Assembly (NCBI RefSeq): GCF_008065095.1
Contig: NZ_CP042911.1
Coordinates: 7,020,001-7,052,000, forward strand
Length of the DNA stretch: 32,000 bases
Direction of reading: 5' to 3'
Source: Gemmata obscuriglobus
Lineage (GTDB): Bacteria; Planctomycetota; Planctomycetia; Gemmatales; Gemmataceae
Shown in pieces: positions 15,603 through 28,909 of this stretch. Both the position numbers and the translations under genes were made by a program. Under the pieces are notes generated by a model, which did not search any database, was not told the DNA's origin, and was given only the letters and a program-made list of their open reading frames with translations. Position 1 is the stretch's first letter, and each line of letters begins with the position of its first letter.

Positions 15603-16514
15603 CTACTCGACGTTCTGCACCTGCTCCCGCAATTTCTCCAACGTCGATTTCATCTCGACCACGTGGCGGCTGATGGCCACGTCGCCGGCCTTGGAGCCGA
15701 TGGTGTTGGTCTCGCGGCCCATTTCCTGAATGACGAACTCCAGCTTGCGGCCGGCCTCCTCGCCCTTCCAGAGCAGGGCCGCGAACTGATCGAGGTGACT
15801 GCTCAGCCGCATCACCTCTTCCGACACGTCGGTGCGGTCGGCGAACAGCGCGACCTCGCGAACGACGGTCTCGGCGTTCAGCACCAGCCCGGCGTCGGCC
15901 ACGGCCGTTTTGACGCGATCGAGAATGCGGTGCCGGTATTCGGTCACCACGCCGGGCAGCAGCGTCTTGATCGCGTCCAGTTGGTCCGCGATGGTCTGGC
16001 GGTGGCCGAGCAGTTCCGTGGCGAGCGCTTTGCCCTCTTCCCGGCGCATTTCGGTGAGCTTCACCAGCGCGGCCTCAAGGGCCTTCTCCACCACCGGCCA
16101 CTCGTCGTCGGGCGGGGCGGCGCCGTTGCGCGTTTCCGGCGCGACCCCGGGCAGGCTCAGCGCGCCGGCGGCGAGCGGGGCGAGCAGTTCCGGCGTGCCT
16201 GCGGCGAGGCACGCCGCCCGGAGTTGCTTGAGGTAGTCGCCCAGAACGGCGGTGTTGAGCACCGGTGCTGCGGCGCCCCCCTGCCGCTCGACCCGGATGT
16301 GAACGTGAAGCGTCCCGCGGCGGACGTGCCGGCGGACGACCTTTTCTAGTTCACTTTCCAGGAGCGGGTACGGGTCCGACCCGCGCACGGTCAGCTTCAG
16401 GTGCCGGTTGTTGACCGCCCGAACCTCGACCGCAACGCCGAAACCCTCGGCGTCGATACGGGCCGCGCCGAACCCGGTCATGCTCAGCAACACGCCGGTG
16501 CGCCTCGTCTGCAA
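15603..16514 (-). CDS. yicC: YicC family stress-induced protein
   Basis: SMTGFG N-terminus, ..VNNRHLKL.., and a C-terminal EFVIQEMGRETNTIGSKA...EMKSTLEKLREQVQNVE. It lies upstream of gmk as in many bacteria. An alternative start is at 16481. Confidence 0.85.
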   Translation of the reverse strand: MQTRRTGVLLSMTGFGAARIDAEGFGVAVEVRAVNNRHLKLTVRGSDPYPLLESELEKVVRRHVRRGTLHVHIRVERQGGAAAPVLNTAVLGDYLKQLRAACLAAGTPELLAPLAAGALSLPGVAPETRNGAAPPDDEWPVVEKALEAALVKLTEMRREEGKALATELLGHRQTIADQLDAIKTLLPGVVTEYRHRILDRVKTAVADAGLVLNAETVVREVALFADRTDVSEEVMRLSSHLDQFAALLWKGEEAGRKLEFVIQEMGRETNTIGSKAGDVAISRHVVEMKSTLEKLREQVQNVE

Positions 16515-16571
16515 AGGATGGGGAAAGGGTAAGAGTGACCCTTCCGCGGGCGGGCGGGTTCGCGGAAACGC

Positions 16572-16602
16572 GGTTCGTCGGCATCAAAGAGGCCGACGAA
16601 CC
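16572..16602 (-). terminator. Hairpin downstream of secG
   Basis: 11-bp stem ggttcgtcggc / gccgacgaacc with a 9-nt loop, 10 nt past the secG stop. On the minus strand it is followed by gcguuuc. Confidence 0.5.
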
Positions 16603-16612
16603 AGAACACACA

Positions 16613-16909
16613 TCAGCTCGTGGTCGTGATTTGCGACTTGTTCTTGTCGGCTTCCACGTCGTACTTCACCACTTTAACATGGATCATGATAATCAGCACC
16701 CACACGCCCGCGAGCCAGAGGGTGATTTTGACGAACTGGTCGGCGGCACGCGACCCGAACGGGCTGGACCCGCCGGCGCCACCGAACGCCCCCGCGAGCC
16801 CGCCGCCCTTCCCGCGCTGGATCAGCACCAGCAGCACCAGCAGAAACCCGATGCCCAGTACGATGGCGTTGAGCACGTGCGACGGCCACCACGCGGCGAT
16901 GAGAGACAC
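16613..16909 (-). CDS. secG: Preprotein translocase subunit SecG
   Basis: Two TM segments flank LIQRGKGGGLAGAFGGAGGSS, a glycine-rich loop typical of SecG. It lies downstream of tpiA, a conserved synteny. A GTG start at comp. 16907-16909 is preceded by GGAGG (comp. 16916-20). The track ORF extends to 16996. Confidence 0.7.
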   Translation of the reverse strand: MSLIAAWWPSHVLNAIVLGIGFLLVLLVLIQRGKGGGLAGAFGGAGGSSPFGSRAADQFVKITLWLAGVWVLIIMIHVKVVKYDVEADKNKSQITTTS

Positions 16910-17103
16910 GGCCGACCTCCACTCTTCTGCGGGCCTTAAATTCGGCTGAACTGCTACTGTACGAATTCGCCCCGGTCCGGGAAGCCCGAGTTCCACGCAT
17001 CGGCCCGACCGGAACGAACGGCGACTGCGCGGCGACAGGTTCCGACCCGTCTCCGCACAGCCGCGGCGAATCAGCCACTCGTAACCGCTTTGTGGCTCAC
17101 GGC

Positions 17104-17862
17104 TTAGCCGGCAGCCTTCACGATGGCGAGGAACGAGTCGGCTTTGAGGCTGGCCCCGCCGACGAGCGCCCCGTCGACATCGGGCTGGCTCATCAAACCC
17201 ACGGTGTTGTCGGGAGTGACCGAACCGCCGTACACGATGGGAGTCGAATCGGCGATTTTATCGCCGTAAAGCAGCCGAAGTTTCGACCGCACGAAGGCGT
17301 GCGCCTCTTGCGCCTGTTCGGGTGTAGCGACCTTGCCGGTGCCGATGGCCCAGACGGGCTCGTAGGCGATGACGATCCGGCCGAACTGCTCGTCGGTGAG
17401 CCCGGCGCAGGCGGCGTACACCTGGCGCTGGAACACCCGCTCCTGGAGCCCGCGCTCACGTTCGGCCAGCGTCTCGCCCATACAGAGGACGACGCTCAGC
17501 CCCTCCTCGAGCGCCGTGTGGACCTTGTGGTTGATGAACGTCTCGCTCTCGCCGATGATGTGCCGCCGCTCGCTGTGGCCGATGAGGGCGTACTTGCACC
17601 CGGTTTCGAGCAGCATCGCGGGGCTCACCTCGCCCGTGAACGCGCCCTTCTTCTCGGAACTCACGTCCTGGGCGCCGAGCGCGACGGGCGAGCCCTTGAG
17701 AACCTCGCCGACGGCGGTGAGCCACGGGTACGGCGGGAACACCGCGACCGTGACGCGGTCGTCGGTCACGCCCTTCGCCACCGCCGCGCCGAGCGCCTTG
17801 GCCTCGGCGAGGGTGGTGTTCATCTTCCAGTTCCCGGCGACGAACTTCTTGCGAGTCGGCAT
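17104..17862 (-). CDS. tpiA: Triosephosphate isomerase
   Basis: FVAGNWKMN, ALIGHSERR, AYEPVWAIGTG and YGGSV motifs. The start is at MPTRKK (comp. 17860-17862). Confidence 0.9.
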   Translation of the reverse strand: MPTRKKFVAGNWKMNTTLAEAKALGAAVAKGVTDDRVTVAVFPPYPWLTAVGEVLKGSPVALGAQDVSSEKKGAFTGEVSPAMLLETGCKYALIGHSERRHIIGESETFINHKVHTALEEGLSVVLCMGETLAERERGLQERVFQRQVYAACAGLTDEQFGRIVIAYEPVWAIGTGKVATPEQAQEAHAFVRSKLRLLYGDKIADSTPIVYGGSVTPDNTVGLMSQPDVDGALVGGASLKADSFLAIVKAAG

Positions 17863-18000
17863 AGCATCTCCCGGCGCCCCGGCCGCAACGTTGTGGCGGC
17901 GGTGGCCTGACAGCGAAGAACGAGCCAGTAATCGCACCTCGCGGCACGATCGATCAAATCCCCATCTGCATTATTTTGAGACGGCGCCGGACCGGCTCAC

Positions 18001-18393
18001 TCACTTCGCGCGGCGCATCACGACAAGAGTACGGTCGCCGGCGGCGGTGTCCAGGAACACGACGAGTTGGTCGAAGGCCGGGTCACACTTCAATAGGACT
18101 TCCTCAGTCACCGCGCCGGAGTCGTTCCGCACCCCGCTGGTCATCGAACCGCCGTTGCCGGCGCCCAGAAGTGAACCACCCCGGGGGGACAGGCGGTACG
18201 GTCCCGGCAGTTGAGGTGCTGCGACGACCTCCCACCCACGCTGCGACGCGGCGATGGCCTCCAACGGAACGAACGGGCGCTCCGGAGGGGCCACTGGTTC
18301 CGGCCGCCGGATCGAAGTCGCCACAACAGTACCGACCGCCGCGATCAAGGACAGCACGACGAGAAGGGCCAAGAGCCGCCGGCGCGTTCGCAT
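18001..18393 (-). CDS. Hypothetical signal-anchored or secreted protein (131 aa)
   Basis: This is the C-terminal part of track ORF 18001-19179. It starts at MRTRRRLLALLVVLSLIAAVGTVVA (comp. 18391-18393), 56 nt downstream of aroF. No family recognised. Confidence 0.45.
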   Translation of the reverse strand: MRTRRRLLALLVVLSLIAAVGTVVATSIRRPEPVAPPERPFVPLEAIAASQRGWEVVAAPQLPGPYRLSPRGGSLLGAGNGGSMTSGVRNDSGAVTEEVLLKCDPAFDQLVVFLDTAAGDRTLVVMRRAK

Positions 18394-18449
18394 ACGACCG
18401 CCTCCATCGAACCCGCGCTCACAACTCGATCGGTCGGCCGGCCCGCCGT

Positions 18450-19481
18450 TTACTTCTCCGCCGGCGCCCAGAACTCGCGGCCGAGCGCGCCGGCGAGCTT
18501 CCGCAGGTCGCCCATCAGGTCGAGGAACTGGTGCGGGAGCAGCGCCTGCGGGCCGTCGGAAAGGGCCTTCTCCGGGCAGTTGTGGACCTCGACGTGGACC
18601 CCGTCCGCCCCGGCGGCGACGCTCGCCCGGCACATCGCCGGAATCAGGTCCGGGCGCCCGGTCGCGTGCGACGGGTCCACGATGATCGGCAGGTGGCTCT
18701 GGCCCTTCACGTTCGGGATCGCGCTCATGTCGAGCATGTTGCGCGTGCTGTCCTCGAAGCTCCGCACGCCGCGCTCGCACAGCACGACATCTTTGTTGCC
18801 CTCGGAGAGCACGTACTCGGCGGACATCAGCAGGTCTTTGACCGTGGCGCTCATCCCGCGCTTCAGGAGCACGGGCTTCATCGCCTTCCCGCACTCCTTG
18901 AGCAGGTCGAAGTTCTGCATGTTGCGGGCGCCGATCTGCAGCATGTCGGTGTAACGGCACACGAGTTCGACCTGCCGCGGGTCCATCACCTCGGTGACCA
19001 CGGGCATGTCGTACTTGTCGCCCACGTCGCGCAAGATCTTGAGCCCGTCCTCGCCCATCCCCTGGAACGCGTAGGGGCTGGTGCGGGGCTTGAAAGCGCC
19101 GCCGCGGAGGATGTTGGCCCCACCGGCCTTTACGTACTTGGCGATGGCGTCGAGGACCTCGTACCCCTCGATCGCGCACGGGCCGGCGATCATCGCGAGG
19201 CTGCCCCCGCCGATCTTCACCTTGCCGACGTAGACGGCGCTGTCGGACTTGTGGAACTCGCGGCTCGCCAGCTTGAACGGTTTCATGATCGGCAGCACTT
19301 GCTCCACACCCGTAATGGCCGAAAAGTTTTCCGACCCGGGCTTGGTTTCGTCCCCGATCACCCCGACGATGGTGCGGGCCTCACCGCGGCTCACGTGCGC
19401 GGTGAACCCGAGCTCGCGGACCCGCTCGATCACGTGATCGATCTGTTCCAGGGTGGCGTCCGGCCGGATGACGAGGATCAT
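18450..19481 (-). CDS. aroF: 3-deoxy-7-phosphoheptulonate (DAHP) synthase, type I-beta, with N-terminal regulatory domain
   Basis: [26 protein letters not shown].. is an ACT/ferredoxin-like N-domain. The core follows: ..[38 protein letters not shown]...VILCERG.. and ..VDPSH. The start is at comp. 19479-19481. Confidence 0.9.
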   Translation of the reverse strand: MILVIRPDATLEQIDHVIERVRELGFTAHVSRGEARTIVGVIGDETKPGSENFSAITGVEQVLPIMKPFKLASREFHKSDSAVYVGKVKIGGGSLAMIAGPCAIEGYEVLDAIAKYVKAGGANILRGGAFKPRTSPYAFQGMGEDGLKILRDVGDKYDMPVVTEVMDPRQVELVCRYTDMLQIGARNMQNFDLLKECGKAMKPVLLKRGMSATVKDLLMSAEYVLSEGNKDVVLCERGVRSFEDSTRNMLDMSAIPNVKGQSHLPIIVDPSHATGRPDLIPAMCRASVAAGADGVHVEVHNCPEKALSDGPQALLPHQFLDLMGDLRKLAGALGREFWAPAEK

Positions 19482-19487
19482 GGGAGG

Positions 19488-19520
19488 GTCGTGGTCAGTC
19501 GTCGGTGGTCGGTGGTCGGT
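19488..19520 (-). repeat. Tandem heptamer array (about 5 units of GTCGGTG, or CACCGAC on the coding strand) in the aroF leader
   Basis: The + strand reads gtcgtg gtcagtc gtcggtg gtcggtg gtcggt, ending 6 nt from the aroF ATG. Confidence 0.6.
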
Positions 19521-19637
19521 TCTCAACGATCTGTCAGGAGATTCCACCGACCCTGTTCATGCTACAGGATGTGCCGGGCCGTGACAGGGGAGCCGGGAGC
19601 CGCCGCGCCGGGACCGCCCGGCGCACGCGGCGGGCGG

Positions 19638-20771
19638 TCACTCGTCTTCCGCGCGGGCCTGCGGGAACGAGCCGAGCACGGTCAGCGTGTCGCACAGCTC
19701 TTCCAGCGAGGCGAGCGTGCGCTTCACCTTGGGCTCGTCGCGGTGCCCGTCGAAGTCCACGAAGAACACGTACTCGCCCTTCGCCTCGCGGAACGGGAAC
19801 GACTCGATCCACGTCAGGTTGATCTTGTTCGACTTGAACACCGTCAGCACGTCGGCCAGCGCGCCGGGGGTGTGGTTGATCTGGAACATGAGCGCGGTCT
19901 TGTCGGCGCCCGTCTTGGCGGAGTCCGTGGCCCCGATCACCGCGAACCGGGTCTCGTTGAACGGCGAGTCGGCGATGTTCTGCGCGACCACCCCGATCCC
20001 GTACCGCACCGCGGCTTCGCGGCTGGCCACCGCGGCGACGTGGTCCTCGGTCTGGACCAGGCGAGCGGCGTCCGCGGTGCTCGACACCGGGTGGATCGAC
20101 GCCTGCGGCAGGTTCTTCGCCAGCCAGTTGCGGCACTGGCTGAGGGCCTGCTCCTTCGAGTAGACCCGCCGCACCTCCGACTGGGCGCAGTTCGCCAGCA
20201 GGTGGTGCCGCACCCGCAGCCGGATTTCGGAACAGATCTGGACCTGGTCCGGGAACCGCATGAACATTTCGAGCGTGTCGACCACGCGGCCGTCGGTCGA
20301 GTTCTCGAGCGGCACCACCCCGAAATCGGCGTGCTTGCGAACCACCTCCTCGAACACCGCCGCGATGTTGGCGGTGCGGTTGTACACGGAGGCCTCGCCG
20401 AACCGCTGGATCGCCGCCAGGTGGCTGTAGCTGTACTCCGGCCCGAGGTACGCGATCTTCTGCTGCCGCTGGATCGCCCGCGACCCGCTCATCAACTCGC
20501 GGAAGATCGCCTTCACGGTGACCGGCGCGAGCGGCCCCTTGTGCGCCGCCAGGACGTTGGCGATGACCTCCTCCTCGCGGGCGGCCGAAAACACCACCTC
20601 GCCCTGATCCGCTTTCACCTTCCCGATTTGCGCCGCGACCGCCGCCCGCTTGTTGAGCAGTTCGAGGATGCTGGTGTCGAACTTGTCGATCTGGGCGCGG
20701 AGCGCGGCGAGGTTCGCAGCGCCCTTATCGGGCGCAGAATTCGAGCTGGGTTCGCTTTTACTGCGTGCCAT
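19638..20771 (-). CDS. pheA: Bifunctional chorismate mutase / prephenate dehydratase (P-protein)
   Basis: N-terminal LRAQIDKFDTSILELLNKRA is chorismate-mutase-like. Next come IAYLGPEYSYSH..PLENSTDG.V and TRF.VIG (prephenate dehydratase). The C-terminus is ACT-like: ALMFQINHTPGALADVLTVF..INLTWIESFP. The start is at MARSKS (comp. 20769-20771). Confidence 0.9.
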   Translation of the reverse strand: MARSKSEPSSNSAPDKGAANLAALRAQIDKFDTSILELLNKRAAVAAQIGKVKADQGEVVFSAAREEEVIANVLAAHKGPLAPVTVKAIFRELMSGSRAIQRQQKIAYLGPEYSYSHLAAIQRFGEASVYNRTANIAAVFEEVVRKHADFGVVPLENSTDGRVVDTLEMFMRFPDQVQICSEIRLRVRHHLLANCAQSEVRRVYSKEQALSQCRNWLAKNLPQASIHPVSSTADAARLVQTEDHVAAVASREAAVRYGIGVVAQNIADSPFNETRFAVIGATDSAKTGADKTALMFQINHTPGALADVLTVFKSNKINLTWIESFPFREAKGEYVFFVDFDGHRDEPKVKRTLASLEELCDTLTVLGSFPQARAEDE

Positions 20772-21069
20772 GATGGTCCGGACCCGCGTGCGGGAGGTCG
20801 TTAGAATTGCGGTGAATCTACCGGCGCGGTGCGGATACGTCAACGAACCCGGCAAAGTCCGTTCCGATTCGCGTGGCACCGGATGCGCCAGATCTGACCC
20901 CAAGGCGACATTTGCCGGCGTCGCAATCCCATCACTGACGCGACGTTGCAACAAGACTGCTGAAATGTCAGCCGGTCGGCACCGGGAGCAAGCTCAAACC
21001 GCCCAGCGAATGCCGCAAGTTCAAACCGGGTTGCACCTTGCAGCCCCGATGTGCGGCCAATCAGCCCGA

Positions 21070-21085
21070 CGGCATGGTGCTTGCA
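21070..21085 (+). promoter_or_regulatory. Sigma-54-like -24/-12 element upstream of dnaK (tentative)
   Basis: cGGCAtGgtgcTTGCA compared with the consensus TGGCACG-N4-TTGCW. GG (21071-72) and GC (21083-84) have canonical spacing. It lies about 165 nt upstream of the dnaK ATG. This is a single-site match. Confidence 0.25.
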
Positions 21086-21247
21086 TATTAGCGGCGAAAA
21101 CCTTGAATCGCGAAGGAACTTTCTCAATCCAAGTAGCAGTCGAGCGAACGGGAACCAGCAGCACCGGTGTTCGGACCGGCCCCGTTCGCGAGAAACGCAA
21201 CACACTCGGCGCTCCGGCGCGTACCACTACCTGAAAGGGAACACACT

Positions 21248-23197
<1,950 letters not shown>

Positions 23198-23204
23198 GCG
23201 CGAG

Positions 23205-23273
23205 CGTTTGCGAAGAAACGGCCCGCGGATCGCGCCTCGCCCGCGCGAACCGCGGGCCGTTTCTTCGCAAACG
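23205..23273 (+). terminator. Long hairpin downstream of dnaK
   Basis: 24-bp stem (23205-23228 / 23250-23273; core tttgcgaagaaacggcccgcgg / ccgcgggccgtttcttcgcaaa) with a 21-nt loop. It begins 8 nt after the stop. Confidence 0.6.
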
Positions 23274-23324
23274 GCTGCGGCGCGGGTAAGTTAGTACGTG
23301 TGACGCCCGCCACGGAGCTTCGCC

Positions 23325-24344
23325 ATGCCGTCGCCGAACCCGAAAGACGCTCAGGTCCCGGAAGAGCCCGTCCCGTTCGCGATCGGGACGCTGCCGGAGG
23401 AGGAGTTCTGGGAGCGGTACAACCGCCGCCTGGAGTTCCCGCTCGCAGCGGTTGCAGCGGTTCTGCTGCACGTGATCGTCTTCGTGGTGCTCGTGTTCGG
23501 GCTGCTCTCGCTCATGTCGGGCACCCAGACCCCGGACCCGAAACTGGAACTGGTCGAGGTGGCGGGCTGGGACCCTTCGGGTCTGGGCTCAGCGGGATCG
23601 GGCGGGAACCCCGACCCGAACATCATCAAGGACGTCTCTCCGGAGCAGGCGCTGCGGGACGTGTTACCGACGCCGCAGGCGATCGCAGAAGCGAAAGAGA
23701 AGATTCAGAAGATCGTCCTAGATGACCCGAGCGAGAACATCCCGATTTCGCCGCAGAACCTGGGGAAGTACAGCCAGCTCGACGACGAGCTTCGGAAGAA
23801 GTTGCTCGGCAACGGCTCGCAAAAGGGGAGCGGCCCTGGTGCGGGTCGCGGAGACAGCGGCGATCCGGGCGCCGGCCCGGGGGGAACAAATGCCGACTCG
23901 ACCCGCGCCCGCGGGCTGCGGTGGGTGCTCCGGTTCCAGGTCGCCAACGGGCGCGACTACCTCGAACAGCTCCGCGCGATGGGAGCCGAGATCCTGGTCC
24001 CGCTCCCGCCGAACGATAAGGAGAGCATCCTGTTCCCGGACCTGAACAAGCCCTCGCAGAAGCGGACCGCGACCGACGACGACTTCCGGCGGCTCGCGCG
24101 CAAGATTCAGTTCGGCGATACTCGCCGGGACGCGGTCGTGGGGGTGGTCGGCGCGCTGGGGCTGGACGTGACGCCGAAAACGTTCTTCGCGTTCTTCCCG
24201 AAAGAGCTGGAGGAGCAACTCGCGCGGCTCGAAACCGGGTTCAAGGGCCGCCGGTCGGAACACATCGAGGAAACGATCTTCCGCGTCACGGTGCGCGGCG
24301 GCCGGCACGAGTTCGTTGTGGAAGAGCAGACCGCCAAGCGGTGA
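23325..24344 (+). CDS. Hypothetical membrane-anchored protein (339 aa)
   Basis: One TM segment (LAAVAAVLLHVIVFVVLVFGLLSLM), a G/P/S-rich linker, and a C-terminal domain of about 150 aa (LRWVLRFQVANGRDYLEQL...). No family motif recognised. Confidence 0.6.
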   Translation: MPSPNPKDAQVPEEPVPFAIGTLPEEEFWERYNRRLEFPLAAVAAVLLHVIVFVVLVFGLLSLMSGTQTPDPKLELVEVAGWDPSGLGSAGSGGNPDPNIIKDVSPEQALRDVLPTPQAIAEAKEKIQKIVLDDPSENIPISPQNLGKYSQLDDELRKKLLGNGSQKGSGPGAGRGDSGDPGAGPGGTNADSTRARGLRWVLRFQVANGRDYLEQLRAMGAEILVPLPPNDKESILFPDLNKPSQKRTATDDDFRRLARKIQFGDTRRDAVVGVVGALGLDVTPKTFFAFFPKELEEQLARLETGFKGRRSEHIEETIFRVTVRGGRHEFVVEEQTAKR

Positions 24345-24362
24345 GCACGCCGCGGCAACAAC

Positions 24363-24388
24363 CCCTCTGCTCGCTCGTGAGCAGAGGG
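24363..24388 (+). terminator. Hairpin downstream of the 339-aa membrane protein gene
   Basis: 10-bp stem ccctctgctc / gagcagaggg with a 6-nt loop, 19 nt after the stop. Confidence 0.45.
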
Positions 24389-24442
24389 CTCACATCTACC
24401 GCCCGCCGCATTCGATCCAATACGCGTACCAAAACGGGGCTA

Positions 24443-24508
24443 CACCCGCCTGCTGACGCAGGCGGTTCGACCGTAGTTTGTCGAACCGCCTGCGTCAGCA
24501 GGCGGGTG
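24443..24508 (-). terminator. 29-bp perfect nested palindrome. Probable terminator of the GH63-like gene, or a REP-like element.
   Basis: cacccgcctgctgacgcaggcggttcgac (24443-24471), loop cgtagttt, gtcgaaccgcctgcgtcagcaggcgggtg (24480-24508). On the minus strand it is followed by ..ccccguuuugg. Each arm holds its own 8-bp mini-hairpin ccgcctgc-N4-gcaggcgg. Confidence 0.6.
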
Positions 24509-24549
24509 GCGCACACATGCTACGAACTTGAAACTACTCGATCCGGAAC

Positions 24550-27399
<2,850 letters not shown>

Positions 27400-27592
27400 G
27401 CGAACCCCGCCCGCGAGGGCGGGGGTAGTTCGGGCGAACCCGCACGGTGCGCGCGGCCGCGCCGCCTTCGCGGGCGGGCGCCTGAGGGGTTCGCAAAGCA
27501 GTTTAGCTCGCTACGGCCGGCTTGTCCGTTGTAACCGCCAGTTCTTCCCGGTACGCTTAACCCGGCTGTCCCGCCTAACCGGAACCTGTCGC

Positions 27593-28897
27593 ATGCGCAC
27601 CCGCCTCTCCCTCGCGACCCTCGCGCTCGCTTTCGCCTCGCTTTCGTTCGCCGCGGACTCGTGGCCGGGGTTCCGCGGGCCGACGGCCGACGGGCACTCT
27701 CCGAGCAAGAACCCGCCCACCAAGTGGAGCGAAAAGGAGACCGTCGCCTGGAAGACCGAGATCCACGGTAAAGGGTGGTCGTCGCCGGTGGTGCTCGGCG
27801 ATCAGGTGTGGGTGACCACCTCCGACGAGGTGCTCGATCCCGCGCCGCCGAAGAAGAAGGGCGGGCCACCGGCCAACCCGGTGAAAGAGGTGAGCCTGTT
27901 CGCGGTCGGGCTGGACCGCAAGACCGGCAAGGTGCTCCACGACCTGAAGCTCGGCCGCGTTCGGAACCCGCAGTACTGCCACCCGTTCAACACCTACGCG
28001 TCCGGCACGCCGTTCCTCGAAGAGGGCCGGCTGTACGCCCACTTCGGCAGCCTCGGTACGTTCTGCATCGACACCCACACCGGAAAGACGCTCTGGGAGC
28101 GGCTCGACTTCAAATGCGACCACTTCCGCGGCCCCGGCTCGTCGGTCGCGGTGTACGGCGACCTCGTGTACCTGATCTTCGACGGTGCCGACCTTCAGTA
28201 CGTGGTCGCGCTCGACAAGAAGACCGGGGAGACCAAATGGAAGGCTGACCGGAAGATCAAGTACGGCCCCGGCCCGGCCGACGGCGACCACAAGAAGGCC
28301 TACGCCACGCCCGCGCTGCTGAAACTCGCCGGGAAGGACTCCTTGGTGTGCCCGTCGGCCGAATGCACGATCGCTTACGACCCGAAAAGCGGCGCGGAGC
28401 AGTGGCGGTTCGCGCACGGCGGGATGAACGGCTCGCTCCGCCCGGTGCTGGCGAACGGGCTCCTGTACGCCACCAGCGGGAGCAGCGGCAAGCTGTTCGC
28501 GCTCAAGCCCGACGTGCTCAAGGGCGAGGTGCCGAAAGACGCGGTCGCGTGGCAGGTCGCAAAGGGGGTGTCGGTGCGGCCGTCGCCGATCGTGGTGGGC
28601 AACCTGCTGTTCATGGCCGCGGACAACGGCGTCGCAACCTGTCTCGACGCGGTGAGCGGGAAACTCCACTGGACCGAGCGGTTGGACGGCGAGTTCTCGG
28701 CGTCCCCGGTGTACGCGAACGGCAACGTGTACTTCTGCAACCAGATCGGTAAAACGTTCGTGGTGAAGGCCGCCGCCTCATACGAGCTACTGGCGGAAAA
28801 CCGCCTCGACGGCGGGTTCATGGCGTCGCCCGCGATCGCCTGGGACGAGTTGTTCCTGCGGACCAAAACGCACCTCTACGCAATCGGGAAGAAGTAA
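27593..28897 (+). CDS. Secreted PQQ-like beta-propeller repeat protein
   Basis: Signal peptide MRTRLSLATLALAFASLSFAADSWPGFRG. This is followed by recurring ..G.V.A.D..TGK..W.. propeller blades. The start is at 27593 inside track ORF 27398-28897. Confidence 0.75.
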   Translation: MRTRLSLATLALAFASLSFAADSWPGFRGPTADGHSPSKNPPTKWSEKETVAWKTEIHGKGWSSPVVLGDQVWVTTSDEVLDPAPPKKKGGPPANPVKEVSLFAVGLDRKTGKVLHDLKLGRVRNPQYCHPFNTYASGTPFLEEGRLYAHFGSLGTFCIDTHTGKTLWERLDFKCDHFRGPGSSVAVYGDLVYLIFDGADLQYVVALDKKTGETKWKADRKIKYGPGPADGDHKKAYATPALLKLAGKDSLVCPSAECTIAYDPKSGAEQWRFAHGGMNGSLRPVLANGLLYATSGSSGKLFALKPDVLKGEVPKDAVAWQVAKGVSVRPSPIVVGNLLFMAADNGVATCLDAVSGKLHWTERLDGEFSASPVYANGNVYFCNQIGKTFVVKAAASYELLAENRLDGGFMASPAIAWDELFLRTKTHLYAIGKK

Positions 28898-28909
28898 GAA
28901 CTCAAAGCC

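Noticed and set aside
18001-19179. 392-aa ORF spanning the aroF 3' half and the downstream region
   Set aside because: Most of it is out of frame within aroF and is Arg/Pro/Gly-rich. Only its last 131 codons (18001-18393, starting MRTRRRLLALL...) look like a real signal-anchored protein.
20872-20886. Second sigma-54-like string tggcaccggatgcgc
   Set aside because: The GG and GC spacing fits, but the -12 box is gcGC instead of TTGC. It also lies about 360 nt from dnaK. This is weaker than the 21070-21085 site and likely chance in GC-rich DNA.
20955-21247. CIRCE/HrcA or HAIR/HspR operator, or a sigma-32 promoter, upstream of dnaK
   Set aside because: There is no TTAGCACTC-N9-GAGTGCTAA or CTTGAGT-N7-ACTCAAG inverted repeat. 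A CTTGAAT at about 21093 lacks a convincing CCCCAT-type -10 at the right spacing.
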